From: a virus
DNA: 42,277 nucleotides
Virus record (IMG/VR): IMGVR_UViG_3300045988_169545
Direction: 5' to 3' (one strand)
The notes under the pieces: generated by a model
The model's input: only the letters and a program-made list of their open reading frames with translations
Database searches by the model: none
What the model was told of the DNA's origin: nothing
Part shown: piece by piece, positions 24,209 through 32,360 of the stretch
How positions within the stretch are numbered: position 1 is the stretch's first letter
How the letters are laid out: every line of letters begins with the position of its first letter
Program-made: the position numbers and the translations under genes

Positions 24209-24586
24209 TCACGTCCCGGACGCCTTCCTCGCGCGATCGTTCACGACCATGGTCAGGATCGTCGCCTTCTTCGATTTCTCCTCTTTGCCCGACTTCGACT
24301 CGTCGCCGATCCCGAGCATCTTGTTGAGTGCGCGGATCTCCGCGCTCGCCTTCTGCATCGTCGACAGCTGCGGCAGGGCCTTCAAATCGCCGTGATCGTT
24401 CTGGTAGGCGACCATGCCGCCCGCCTCGTCCATGTCGTCGATGCAGCGCTGCACAACCGCGTGCCACTGGCATAGGAGCTCGAGTGCCGGCACGTCGTAT
24501 TCGGAGTACGACCGCCCGGCCGTGAGCTCGTCCCACTTCGCGGACTTGTACCCGTCGCGCTCGATGGAGGCGGGTTTCCCGACCAT
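24209..24586 (-). CDS. Terminase small subunit (P27-family-like), 125 aa.
   Basis: Immediately upstream of the large terminase. Pattern ...LELLCQWHAVVQRCIDDMDEAGGMVAYQNDHGDLKALPQLSTMQKASAEIRALNKMLGIG resembles P27-family small terminase subunits. Confidence 0.65.
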   Translation of the reverse strand: MVGKPASIERDGYKSAKWDELTAGRSYSEYDVPALELLCQWHAVVQRCIDDMDEAGGMVAYQNDHGDLKALPQLSTMQKASAEIRALNKMLGIGDESKSGKEEKSKKATILTMVVNDRARKASGT

Positions 24587-24606
24587 TCCGGCAACCTCCC
24601 TTCAAG

Positions 24607-24632
24607 GCACGAAAAAAGCGCCCGAAGGCGCT
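24607..24632 (-). terminator. Rho-independent terminator (AGCGCC-TTCG-GGCGCT plus TTTTTT on the minus strand).
   Basis: Forward strand shows AAAAAAGCGCCCGAAGGCGCT. Confidence 0.55.
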
Positions 24633-24640
24633 CTCCATGA

Positions 24641-24856
24641 TCACCAGCCGCGCTTCGCGGCGTCGTCCCCTATGTCGACTTCGCAGGCGATCCAAGCATG
24701 GCGCGGGGAACCGGGCCGACCGAACGTGCAGCCGTCGTCATCGTCTACCGTGCCGCTGCGCTCGGTACAGTGAAGCTCGCTTTGGCCTTGCGCGAAGCCG
24801 AACGACGGCTTCCTCGCCGCATTTGCGCACTCGGCGCATCTGATGAATCGCTTCAT
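24641..24856 (-). CDS. Small Cys-rich protein, 71 aa (MKRFIRCAECANAARK...).
   Basis: ATG at 24856 with a TAAGGAT Shine-Dalgarno sequence. The computed ORF begins at an upstream TTG. Confidence 0.45.
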   Translation of the reverse strand: MKRFIRCAECANAARKPSFGFAQGQSELHCTERSGTVDDDDGCTFGRPGSPRHAWIACEVDIGDDAAKRGW

Positions 24857-24865
24857 ATCCTTACC

Positions 24866-24892
24866 CAAAAAGAAAACCGCCCCGAAGGGCGG
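24866..24892 (-). terminator. Rho-independent terminator (CCGCCC-TTCG-GGGCGG plus T-rich run on the minus strand).
   Basis: Forward strand shows AAAAAGAAAACCGCCCCGAAGGGCGG. Confidence 0.55.
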
Positions 24893-24912
24893 TCAACGCG
24901 AGTCTTTGCTGC

Positions 24913-25134
24913 CTATTCATTGCAATCGTCCAAGCTGACGGTTTCAGGATGCCTCCCGAATCCATATGATTCGAATATGCCTTCGTACATTATGACCTCG
25001 TCGCCGTTTCTATACAGGCCGTCGGCGAGCAGCCTCCCATCAGGCAGGTGCCACAGCTCGTTCTCGTCGGTGTAGCAGCCATCGGGCAGCGTCGGCACCT
25101 GGCTTCCCAATTCTTTTCCGTTCTTCTTCGCCAT
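24913..25134 (-). CDS. Hypothetical protein, 73 aa.
   Basis: ORF followed by a terminator. Acidic, coding-like sequence. Confidence 0.45.
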   Translation of the reverse strand: MAKKNGKELGSQVPTLPDGCYTDENELWHLPDGRLLADGLYRNGDEVIMYEGIFESYGFGRHPETVSLDDCNE

Positions 25135-25142
25135 TCTTTCAC

Positions 25143-25697
25143 CTATCTTTCAAGCGTGAATTTGAGACCGTATAGCGGAGCGTTCTTCTTAAGCCAGTCC
25201 TGCGCCTGGGAGACGGTTTTTCCGCTCCCGAGGTGCTTGCTGTACGCTGACGCCATTTTACCCCATTGAGGATTGTTCGACGCCTTCGCGAGGACAGCAG
25301 TGCCGTTCCCTTTCGTAGTCGCCCTGATTCCTACGCCTCCGAGGTTTCCCGTCGACTTAATGTCTGCGACGGAGAAAGCTGCCGCCCCACTCGGATGGTT
25401 GTGCGTGACTATGTTGCCTTTGACCTTTCCGGAATCGGATCCGAAGTTCACGCTGTTTTTTCCACCCTTGTAAGCTGCCAACACGAATCCCTGGCTGTCC
25501 ACGATGATGCCGGTCTCGTACGTATGCTGTGCGATCAGCTTCTCGACATTCGAGAATGTCGCTCTTTTTGAAACGCGGTTCCCGTCTATCGTTTGAAACT
25601 GCGATGCCGGCAATTTCTCGGAAGGGGCTCCACCGCGTCCGCCCTTGCCGATGCGCTCGCCCTTCGCCGTCGCCGACCACGACCCCCTACCGCCCAC
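25143..25697 (-). CDS. RadC-like JAB/MPN metalloprotease-domain protein, about 184 aa.
   Basis: JAMM motif HxHx7Sx2D (..NIVTHNHPSGAAAFSVADIKST..) with an upstream Glu (TYETGIIVD). Proposed GTG start at 25697, overlapping the ParB-DUF4417 gene end. The start is uncertain. Confidence 0.6.
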   Translation of the reverse strand: MGGRGSWSATAKGERIGKGGRGGAPSEKLPASQFQTIDGNRVSKRATFSNVEKLIAQHTYETGIIVDSQGFVLAAYKGGKNSVNFGSDSGKVKGNIVTHNHPSGAAAFSVADIKSTGNLGGVGIRATTKGNGTAVLAKASNNPQWGKMASAYSKHLGSGKTVSQAQDWLKKNAPLYGLKFTLER

Positions 25698-26715
25698 GGT
25701 TCGCCATCCTCTCCGTAACGCTGTTCTTGTATCGCACGGTCTCGCAGGATCCGAAGTCGAACCCGACGTCTCCACCGTAGAGCAGCACGCGTTTTGGCCG
25801 GAGCCGAGCCACGGCCTCGTTCATGCCCGCCTGCCAAACGGCAAGAGCCGTCTCGTCGCCCTTGACGCCGACCGTGGACACCGCTACGGTGGAGCGCTTG
25901 GGAACGCCCTCGAAGCAGAACCCGTAGCTGTCAGGCCCCGCCCATGAGAGCGTCGGCACAACCTTGAGGCCGGCGCGCTGCCATATGAGGCCCACGGCCT
26001 GGCTGCGGTAGCGGTTCCATGCCTGCATGGGGGAGGGCATATCCATGTACAGCGAGAAGTCCGGCGTGAGGACGCAGTCGAATCCGCGCAGCACGTCGAC
26101 GTAGCGCTCCGGGTTCGCCCACACGCGCTCGAACTGGTAGTCGTCGACGAAGAAGTGGCACGCCTGCCCGCGCTTCCCCTCCTCCTTCATGCTCTTTGCG
26201 TAGTTGAAACCGACCATGCCAGCCGGCTTGGCCATGCGGCCCTTCAGCGCGGGGAACCCGCGCTTATTGCAACTCGAACGCGACACCTTGTCTAGGTTGT
26301 AAGCATGATCGGTCTTGAGCCGCTCGGCGCCGTACGGAAGCTCCTTGCCCTTGAAGTCGAACTTGAAGCGGCTCATGTCGAGCTTGCCGCCCAACGACGC
26401 CACCTCGCTCTTGAGCAGCGCCTTGTTCCATGTAGCGACCTCGCCCGTCCTGTTGTCGGCGAGCCGGAAGGCCTTGATCTGGTCCTCGGTGAGGTCGTAG
26501 CAGAACTCGATCTTGCCGTCAGGTATCTCCGTCCACCCGAGCGACCTGCAGGCCTCAACGCGGGTGTGCCCGAACACGATAACGGGGTTGTCCGGGGACT
26601 CCAGGCCGATGGTCCCGCGCAGCCCGAACTCCTTGATGGACTCGGCCACGACGGGCACGGCCTTCTCGTTGCGCCTCGCGTTCCTCTCGTACGGGATTAT
26701 GTCCGATATGAGCAC
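25687..26715 (-). CDS. ParB-like nuclease domain fused to DUF4417, 342 aa.
   Basis: N-terminus MLISDIIPYERNARRNE... and GTIGLESPDNPVIVFGHTRVEA are ParBc signature-like. GTG start with a GAGGAGG Shine-Dalgarno sequence. This fusion is characteristically found next to phage terminase genes. Confidence 0.7.
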   Translation of the reverse strand: MLISDIIPYERNARRNEKAVPVVAESIKEFGLRGTIGLESPDNPVIVFGHTRVEACRSLGWTEIPDGKIEFCYDLTEDQIKAFRLADNRTGEVATWNKALLKSEVASLGGKLDMSRFKFDFKGKELPYGAERLKTDHAYNLDKVSRSSCNKRGFPALKGRMAKPAGMVGFNYAKSMKEEGKRGQACHFFVDDYQFERVWANPERYVDVLRGFDCVLTPDFSLYMDMPSPMQAWNRYRSQAVGLIWQRAGLKVVPTLSWAGPDSYGFCFEGVPKRSTVAVSTVGVKGDETALAVWQAGMNEAVARLRPKRVLLYGGDVGFDFGSCETVRYKNSVTERMANRGR

Positions 26716-26842
26716 TTCAGCAGCCTCCTCACGGGTCGATCACGGCCTCGTTGAGAAAAAATTCATCGCGGGGGGAAATCGGCCCTGGTGCGTCAGGGGG
26801 GCCTCCACCACCCCCTGAAAAGACCCCCCTGGACCGTCTGCA

Positions 26843-27280
26843 TCACCACTCCGTGGTCGTCAGCGGCGGGGTCTTGCCGGTTCCGGCATCCGGGCAGCGC
26901 TCGACCGCTTTCGCCTTCGCCACGAAGTCGACCGGCGACGTCGATCCTCCGAAAGAGGAAGTAACGATCGCCTGAATATCGCGCACCCGCCCCACGGGCT
27001 TAGCGCGACGCCAGTTGTTGCAGCAACGGTGCGCCCGCGCGACATTTGAACGGTCGAGGGGCGAGCCGCCGAGCGACACCGGAACGAGCTCGTCGCACTC
27101 AAGCGACATCGGGTCGCCCGATGGCAAGCCCGTGTCTATGGGGTGGCCGCATATCCAGCAAGGCGTCCCCAGCTCACGCAACCATGCGAGGAGTTGCGTA
27201 CGCCTATGTCCGTTTGATCTGCGGGCGTTCTGCTTGCTCACGCGCGCCCGTCCATCGGCGATCCGTGGTTCGCGAAGCAT
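26843..27280 (-). CDS. HNH endonuclease, 145 aa.
   Basis: CWICGHPID...LECDELVPVSLGG...NVARAHRCCNNWR (Cys/His HNH motif). Typical packaging-associated HNH. Confidence 0.75.
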   Translation of the reverse strand: MLREPRIADGRARVSKQNARRSNGHRRTQLLAWLRELGTPCWICGHPIDTGLPSGDPMSLECDELVPVSLGGSPLDRSNVARAHRCCNNWRRAKPVGRVRDIQAIVTSSFGGSTSPVDFVAKAKAVERCPDAGTGKTPPLTTTEW

Positions 27281-27432
27281 TCCGCCAGACCTACGTATGC
27301 GCCTACCTCCACTATGGAACCGAGGCGAGGGAACGCGCGCGGCACGGGCACGCCGCAGGCCCGCAGCATGGCACGGCTCATGACGGTGTCGCGGCGCAGG
27401 GCCGCACGGACCATGTACTCGACGGTGACCAT
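27238..27432 (-). CDS. Hypothetical small protein, 64 aa.
   Basis: ATG at 27432 with a GGAAGGGGG Shine-Dalgarno sequence. The upstream part of the computed ORF is noise. Confidence 0.35.
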   Translation of the reverse strand: MVTVEYMVRAALRRDTVMSRAMLRACGVPVPRAFPRLGSIVEVGAYVGLAECFANHGSPMDGRA

Positions 27433-27536
27433 GGCCGCCCCCTTCCGGGCATAGAGAAAGCCGCCCTCGCGGACGGCTCTCGCTGATAACTGCTGATTAC
27501 ACGATAACAGGATCCGGGGTGCCTTTGTGTGCCCGA

Positions 27537-28013
27537 TTACAGGGCCGGGTGCCTCGGATACCTCCACTCGGTCGGCATCACGTCGTAGAACTCCGTCACC
27601 GCACGGCGCCGCAACTTCATCATGCCGTCCCACGTGTACCCCATGTCTACGCACACGCGCTCCCACGAGCGCCCGAGCAGGTAGCGGCCCGTGATCGCCT
27701 GCACGTGCTCGGGCCGCTCCATGAGGCGCACGCAGGCATGCGCGCGATCCTGCTCCGCGACGTAGCCAGCGAGCTCCGAGCAGTAGCCCTCGACGAGCTC
27801 CTGCAACCTCGCCACGGTGTCGGCCATCCGGTCTGCCCCCGCGCAGTCTCCGCCGCCCTCACCGTAGCGCATGGCCCGCACGCCGTCGGCGAGCTCGCGC
27901 TGCGCCTCGACCTCGGCGCGAAGGGCCTGCGCCCTGCACGACAGGGCGCGCACGTGCTCCAGGTAAGCGCGCGCCTGGTCGTATTTGTACCGTTCGAATT
28001 CCGTTTCAGCCAA
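27537..28013 (-). CDS. Putative late-gene transcriptional activator (ArpU / sigma-70 region-4-like), 158 aa.
   Basis: The C-terminal segment ...RYLLGRSWERVCVDMGYTWDGMMKLRRRAVTEF resembles a sigma region-4 helix-turn-helix. Position just upstream of the packaging genes. GGAGGAGG Shine-Dalgarno sequence and a TAGATAAT -10-like box upstream. Confidence 0.5.
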   Translation of the reverse strand: MAETEFERYKYDQARAYLEHVRALSCRAQALRAEVEAQRELADGVRAMRYGEGGGDCAGADRMADTVARLQELVEGYCSELAGYVAEQDRAHACVRLMERPEHVQAITGRYLLGRSWERVCVDMGYTWDGMMKLRRRAVTEFYDVMPTEWRYPRHPAL

Positions 28014-28097
28014 GCTGCCTCCTCCGCCGTGGTATTATCTAGCTTAGGTGATGGGCCGGGGCAGCAGCTTCGGCCTTTTCTATTCGCGTCGTGCAAG

Positions 28098-28439
28098 TCA
28101 AAGCTCCACCCCTAGCACATGCAGGCGTTCGGCCAAGAGGCGAAGTTCTCCGGAGAGCATAAGGTGCGAGCCCGTTTCGATTGAGCGTCGTGCACTGTCA
28201 TACAACTCGATCGTAACATTCTCTATGTCATGCATTCTGGCCAGCTCCTCCTCCAACCGCACGATCTCCGCCTCCCTCTCGCACTTGAGCCGCAACAGCG
28301 CGTCCCGCTCCGCCTCTGCCCTGCGCAGCATGTCGCAGCTGCACCAGCGGGCCGGCCTGCGGTATGCGCAGGCGCTCATGTCGGCATGCCCGCACGCCTC
28401 CTCGCAGGCGCAGCCCTCGCATACGCTCGCCATCGTCAA
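28098..28439 (-). CDS. Hypothetical Cys-rich N-terminus plus coiled-coil protein, 113 aa.
   Basis: ORF with N-terminus MTMASVCEGCACEEACGH... Confidence 0.45.
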   Translation of the reverse strand: MTMASVCEGCACEEACGHADMSACAYRRPARWCSCDMLRRAEAERDALLRLKCEREAEIVRLEEELARMHDIENVTIELYDSARRSIETGSHLMLSGELRLLAERLHVLGVEL

Positions 28440-28655
28440 TCACCGTCCCCCCACGCGCGGGTGCTGCATGATGGCGAACTCGCCGCACCACCCGTCGCAA
28501 TCTGTCGTAGGAAATATGCCCGCCTCATCGTCGAGAACAGTCGGTGGGTAGCGGTGGCACGCCCCGTCCTCGCTGTACGAATCGCCGTCACTGCACGCCG
28601 GAACCCACCACTTGCAATTCGCGCAGACGCGCGGGTAATCGCTGGCCCTCATCAT
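28440..28655 (-). CDS. Small Cys-rich protein, about 71 aa.
   Basis: CANCKWWVPACSDG...CDGWCGE Cys clusters. The start is uncertain. Confidence 0.4.
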   Translation of the reverse strand: MMRASDYPRVCANCKWWVPACSDGDSYSEDGACHRYPPTVLDDEAGIFPTTDCDGWCGEFAIMQHPRVGGR

Positions 28656-29218
28656 CGTCCGACCTCCTTTGGCTCTATCCAATCTACCTCTGGCTTGCCG
28701 GCGTAGCCTCTCTCCCAAACGAACCAGGCGAAGCAGGCGAGCGCAGAGCCGATGCTGGAGAAGTCGCCGTTCTTCGCCGTCCTGGCGCGCTTGCTGAACA
28801 CATAGATGCGTGCCGGCGGGTACTTGGCGAAGAGCTCACGGCGCTTGGCGCTCTCGAGAAACTGAATCTTGAGGAACAGGGCTAGCTTACCGCCAGGCCG
28901 CAGCACCTCCATGGCGTGCTCGACGAACTCTGACTGGAGCTTGTAAGGAGGGTTCGTGATGATGTCGTAGGGCGTGTGCCGAAGGACGAAGAAGTCGCTG
29001 ACTTCACCGAACCCGCGATCCGCAATGTCTGACGAGACCACCTCGTAGCCGCACTCTGATATCGCTCTCGCCATATGGCCCTCGCCGCACGCAGGCTCTA
29101 GCACGGTGGGCGTGAATTTCTCAACGTCGAACAGCGGGTAAACCGCGCTCGGGTGCGTGGCGTAGTAGTCGTTATGCTCGCGCTCGGCGGTCGAGTAGTT
29201 GCCGAACGCGTTAATCAC
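28652..29218 (-). CDS. N6-adenine DNA methyltransferase (orphan), about 188 aa.
   Basis: Catalytic DIITNPPYK (NPPY) motif and an SAM-binding-like LEPACGEG motif. GTG start overlapping the upstream stop (GTGATTAA), with a GGAAGGGGG Shine-Dalgarno sequence. Confidence 0.8.
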   Translation of the reverse strand: MINAFGNYSTAEREHNDYYATHPSAVYPLFDVEKFTPTVLEPACGEGHMARAISECGYEVVSSDIADRGFGEVSDFFVLRHTPYDIITNPPYKLQSEFVEHAMEVLRPGGKLALFLKIQFLESAKRRELFAKYPPARIYVFSKRARTAKNGDFSSIGSALACFAWFVWERGYAGKPEVDWIEPKEVGR

Positions 29219-29474
29219 GGTCGACCCCCTTCCGCTGCGCTTCCGAGCAGAACCCATCTGGGCTCGTCCGCCAGAGCGTGCGCTTGCACCACGGTTCGCC
29301 GTCTGCGTTGTCCTCCGGCTCGCCGAACATGGCGCAGTCACGGCAGCGCGTCAGCTCGATGTTGGGTACTATCACCATCTCAACGCCGAATTTAACCAGG
29401 TGGGCGTTGATGGCAGATACGTCGTCCTTGCTTACGATGCACTCCATGGTCGCTCCTCTCCTGTTATCGTCCAT
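29211..29474 (-). CDS. Small Cys-rich protein, 87 aa.
   Basis: CRDCAMFGE...WCKRTLW...GFC. Confidence 0.45.
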   Translation of the reverse strand: MDDNRRGATMECIVSKDDVSAINAHLVKFGVEMVIVPNIELTRCRDCAMFGEPEDNADGEPWCKRTLWRTSPDGFCSEAQRKGVDRD

Positions 29475-29922
29475 CGAGCGTCATCCCCAATGCCTCCAAC
29501 CGGTCAGCAAATGCCTGGTAGCACGGAGTGAGACCGGCGTTGTACTCACGGGCGGCAAGGCCCTCGTCCATCACTTCGCCGCACTCGCCCCGCTCGGACA
29601 GTCGGACGATGCAGTAGATCATTTCGTTTATAACCTGCTCCACGCTTTCGGTGCGCTCCTCGTAGTACAGGCCGGCGCAGTTCGGGCGGTCGGGATCGAT
29701 TATCAGCGTCCCCATGTCCATGCACACGTGGCTCGCCATCGGCTGCTTGGGGCCGTGCCTGTCCGCGCAATGGGCGCACGTCCCGCATGTTCTCGGCATC
29801 CACGAATCCCCGCCGAACTCCGGCGGAACGCTGCACTCGTCGCCATCCTCCACCGCCCATGTGGTCACGTCGCAGTAGTAGCTGACCTTGCAGGCGCACG
29901 TACCGCATGTCTTTCCCTCCAT
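29464..29922 (-). CDS. Cys-rich protein, 152 aa.
   Basis: Multiple CxxC pairs (CGTCAC, CGTCAHC, and others). Confidence 0.45.
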   Translation of the reverse strand: MEGKTCGTCACKVSYYCDVTTWAVEDGDECSVPPEFGGDSWMPRTCGTCAHCADRHGPKQPMASHVCMDMGTLIIDPDRPNCAGLYYEERTESVEQVINEMIYCIVRLSERGECGEVMDEGLAAREYNAGLTPCYQAFADRLEALGMTLDGR

Positions 29923-31110
29923 CTATGCGACCCCCTTCATCGATTCCTCAACGGCCTCGATCCTCTCGCCTATCCACTGCATAACCGGCACAGCCATGCT
30001 GTTGCCGAGCGCCTTGTAGCGCGGAGCGTCCGGGCACTCGTCGGCAGGTTTGCCGCGATAAGGGATCGCCGTCCATCCATCCGGGAAGCCTTGGAGCCGT
30101 TCGCATTCGACGGGCATTAGGCGGCGAACGGAAAGACCCTTAGTTACGGAGGGCGGCATCCCGCCGCATTTGAGGGTTCCAGAAAGCTCTACGTCGCACG
30201 CGGCATTCGCCGTATCGTCTGCCAGGCATATCGCCGGTTCATTACCTTCGATCAAAACGGCTCCGCCGTCATGGCCCCCGGTGGAGTTCGTGTAAAGGGT
30301 TTGATATGCCCCTTCGCAGTGGAACACGCGCGTCGATTGCGCATCCCATTTGTTCAGGCAGCTGTCGTATGCGACGGCGGGAACGTCAATCGTGTTCAGC
30401 GTGTAGCTCACGCCGTCCTCGGTGTATCCTGATCCGTTCTGCCCGAAGTGCGCGCCGCGCGCTATATTTCCTTGGATGCAGAAGGGCTCCTCGTTGCATT
30501 CGCGAGCGCCGCGTAGAGCTGCGGCGGCAAGCTCCTTCCTTTTCTCCTTGCTCGATCCATGATCCCAGCGCAGGTCTTCACCTTCAAAGAGTACTTCGGC
30601 GGCACGTTCCCCGTCACCAAGACAGCCGACAAGGAACACACGCTCGCGTCTTTGGGCCAGGCCGAAAAACTGCGCATCGAGTACTCTCCACGCCACACCG
30701 TACCCGCACGCATCCATTTCGGATAGGAGCTGTCCGAAAGCCGCCCCGCCTTCGCTCGACAACGCTCCCGGGACGTTCTCCCACACAAACCATCGTGGAC
30801 GGATTGCACGAACCGCTCGTATGTACTCGAACATGAGGCCGGACTCTCCGGCAAGCCCCTCGCGGTTTCCCGCGACGCTGAACGACTGGCACGGGCTACC
30901 GCCGGCCACAAGGTCAATTGATCCAGCTCGATCACTCCAATCAATGCGCGTTATGTCGCCGAGGTTCGGCACGGACGGGAACCTCTCGTTAAGCACGGCG
31001 CACGCGAACGGCTCTATCTCGCTGAACGCCACAGGCTCCCAGCCGAGCGGCCCCCACGCCACGCTCGCCGCCTCGATGCCGCTAAAAAGGCTTACGTACC
31101 TCATAAACAT
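29923..31110 (-). CDS. DNA cytosine-5 methyltransferase (orphan), 395 aa.
   Basis: Motif I (LFSGIEA), motif IV (GGSPCQSFSVAG) and motif VI (ENVPG). Confidence 0.9.
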   Translation of the reverse strand: MFMRYVSLFSGIEAASVAWGPLGWEPVAFSEIEPFACAVLNERFPSVPNLGDITRIDWSDRAGSIDLVAGGSPCQSFSVAGNREGLAGESGLMFEYIRAVRAIRPRWFVWENVPGALSSEGGAAFGQLLSEMDACGYGVAWRVLDAQFFGLAQRRERVFLVGCLGDGERAAEVLFEGEDLRWDHGSSKEKRKELAAAALRGARECNEEPFCIQGNIARGAHFGQNGSGYTEDGVSYTLNTIDVPAVAYDSCLNKWDAQSTRVFHCEGAYQTLYTNSTGGHDGGAVLIEGNEPAICLADDTANAACDVELSGTLKCGGMPPSVTKGLSVRRLMPVECERLQGFPDGWTAIPYRGKPADECPDAPRYKALGNSMAVPVMQWIGERIEAVEESMKGVA

Positions 31111-31267
31111 CCCACCCGCTCCATCACTTTTCGCTCGGCATCCCTGCGCCGAGCCGCTATTACCTTGCGGTAGTACTCGCGATGGTACGCGTTATTGGCG
31201 TCGCGGCACCTCCGGCAGCGGCATCCCGCGCTGTAGCTTGCATACGTCCCGCATGTCTTATCAGTCA
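31101..31267 (-). CDS. Small zinc-ribbon protein, 55 aa (MTDKTCGTYASYSAGCRCRRCRDANNAYHREYYRK...).
   Basis: Not in the supplied ORF track because it is under 60 aa. ATG at 31267, and its stop overlaps the methyltransferase start (ATGTTTATGA). Confidence 0.4.
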
Positions 31268-31458
31268 TACTCGACCTCCTCTAACATCACGTCCTTGTCA
31301 CACTTGGGACAGCGCGTCATGCAATATCCGCTCCATATATCGGAGCAGAAGCTGTCGAACGGCTCGCTGACCTCCTCGTCGCAGTAAGGACATGTGTAAT
31401 CAACCGACACGGGCTTGCTCGCAATGGTGACATCGGTACCGCGCGTACAATCACGCAT
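31261..31458 (-). CDS. Small zinc-ribbon protein, about 65 aa (CPYCDEE...CPKCDKD).
   Basis: ATG at 31458 with an AAGGAGG Shine-Dalgarno sequence. Confidence 0.45.
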   Translation of the reverse strand: MRDCTRGTDVTIASKPVSVDYTCPYCDEEVSEPFDSFCSDIWSGYCMTRCPKCDKDVMLEEVEYD

Positions 31459-31624
31459 AGCCATCCTCCTTAGACTCGTAGTCATCGCACAGCCTCTCCG
31501 GCTGCTCCGTGCCGTCGTATACAGCGATCTTCTGCACCTCACCTTTGGCGGAGCATTCGCAGATAGTCGCCGTCCATTCGGCTACTTCGTTCTCACACGT
31601 GTCGCACAGGTGGTAGATGCTCAT
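31451..31624 (-). CDS. Small Cys-rich protein, 57 aa (MSIYHLCDTCENE...).
   Basis: ATG 4 nt after the upstream stop (translational coupling). Confidence 0.4.
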   Translation of the reverse strand: MSIYHLCDTCENEVAEWTATICECSAKGEVQKIAVYDGTEQPERLCDDYESKEDGYA

Positions 31625-31626
31625 GA

Positions 31627-32007
31627 TCAGATCACCGCATGCGTGTCGAGCCACTCATCGAACCCGCCGCATCCGTCGTCGTGGCAGCCGAACGACTCTC
31701 CCCAGCCCTCGAACACGCACGTTGAGCAGGGTATCCATGTGTCATGGACACACACATCGCTCGCCTCGATCACTTCCTCGCGCGTCCCGATATCGGCGAA
31801 GTAACGCACGTAGTTGGTGCGAGGTGGAGAGGATGCGAGATCGACGGTAACCGATCTGGAAGCAACCGGAAGATGGCCGAGAAAGGCCTTGAAAAACAGG
31901 AAGCCGCCATCATCTGTTTCATCGACCACGCCCAATCCTTCCACAGTGTCACCGACGTACACCATGCGCCCCAGGCTGTCGCGGGGCATCATCCCTTTAT
32001 CACTCAT
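31627..32007 (-). CDS. Hypothetical protein, 126 aa.
   Basis: ATG at 32007 overlapping the upstream stop (ATGAGTGA). Confidence 0.45.
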   Translation of the reverse strand: MSDKGMMPRDSLGRMVYVGDTVEGLGVVDETDDGGFLFFKAFLGHLPVASRSVTVDLASSPPRTNYVRYFADIGTREEVIEASDVCVHDTWIPCSTCVFEGWGESFGCHDDGCGGFDEWLDTHAVI

Positions 32008-32176
32008 CGTCATCCCCCAGCCCACCGCCGTATGGACACGGATCTAGTTCGCAATAGGCGCACGGTTCGCACTCCGCGCAAGGCAAGCAGTCGCCGCAGC
32101 GCACCAGCTCCTTGTCGTAGTGGCAGTAGATCATCAGCTCGCCGTTCTCGCACTGCGATTTCTTACGCTTTCCCAT
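32000..32176 (-). CDS. Small Cys-rich protein, 58 aa (MGKRKKSQCENGELMIYCHYDKELVRCGDCLPCAECEPCAYCELDPCPYGG...).
   Basis: Not in the supplied ORF track. ATG at 32176. 12 Cys in 58 aa. Confidence 0.4.
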   Translation of the reverse strand: MGKRKKSQCENGELMIYCHYDKELVRCGDCLPCAECEPCAYCELDPCPYGGGLGDDDE

Positions 32177-32360
32177 CGTCTGCCTCGCTTTCCAGCCACT
32201 CGATCTGCTTCTTGTCGCATTCTTCGACCGGTGCGTTAATCAACGCGCAGTCGCAGCACGTCGGGTAGCCCATCTCTTGCCGGTACAGACACGCGCCCAA
32301 ATCGTTGAGCGTCTGGTTCGCGCGCTCCGGCGTTCCTAAGTACTTCTCCCAGTTGGTCAT
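32163..32360 (-). CDS. Small protein of the MTNWEKY(L/F)GTPERA...EWLESE family, paralog 1, 65 aa.
   Basis: ATG at 32360 with a GAGGAGG Shine-Dalgarno sequence. Paralogous to the C-terminal part of the next gene. Shared 17-nt block TTCTCCCAGTTGGTCAT. Confidence 0.5.
   Translation of the reverse strand: MTNWEKYLGTPERANQTLNDLGACLYRQEMGYPTCCDCALINAPVEECDKKQIEWLESEADDGKA

Noticed and set aside
21287-24327. The 962-aa minus ORF 21287..24175, the 487-aa + ORF 22864..24327 and the 287-aa minus ORF 23832..24695.
   Set aside because: Only the C-terminal 496 aa of the 962-aa ORF are protein-like (portal). The rest is out of frame across the terminase gene. The others are antisense noise.
26716-26842. 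G6/C5-C6 tract-rich gap (CGCGGGGGGAAA, CAGGGGGGCCTCC, CCCCCTGAAAAGACCCCCCTGG) between the HNH and ParB-DUF4417 genes.
   Set aside because: It may form a hairpin or G-quadruplex-like structure, or act as a weak terminator or the packaging-operon promoter. No clean stem plus T-run or promoter hexamers could be defined, so it is only noted.
28047-28076. Hairpin GGCCG-N12-CGGCC followed by TTTTCTATT on the + strand.
   Set aside because: No + strand gene ends here. On the transcribed minus strand it lacks a T-run, so it was not called as a terminator.
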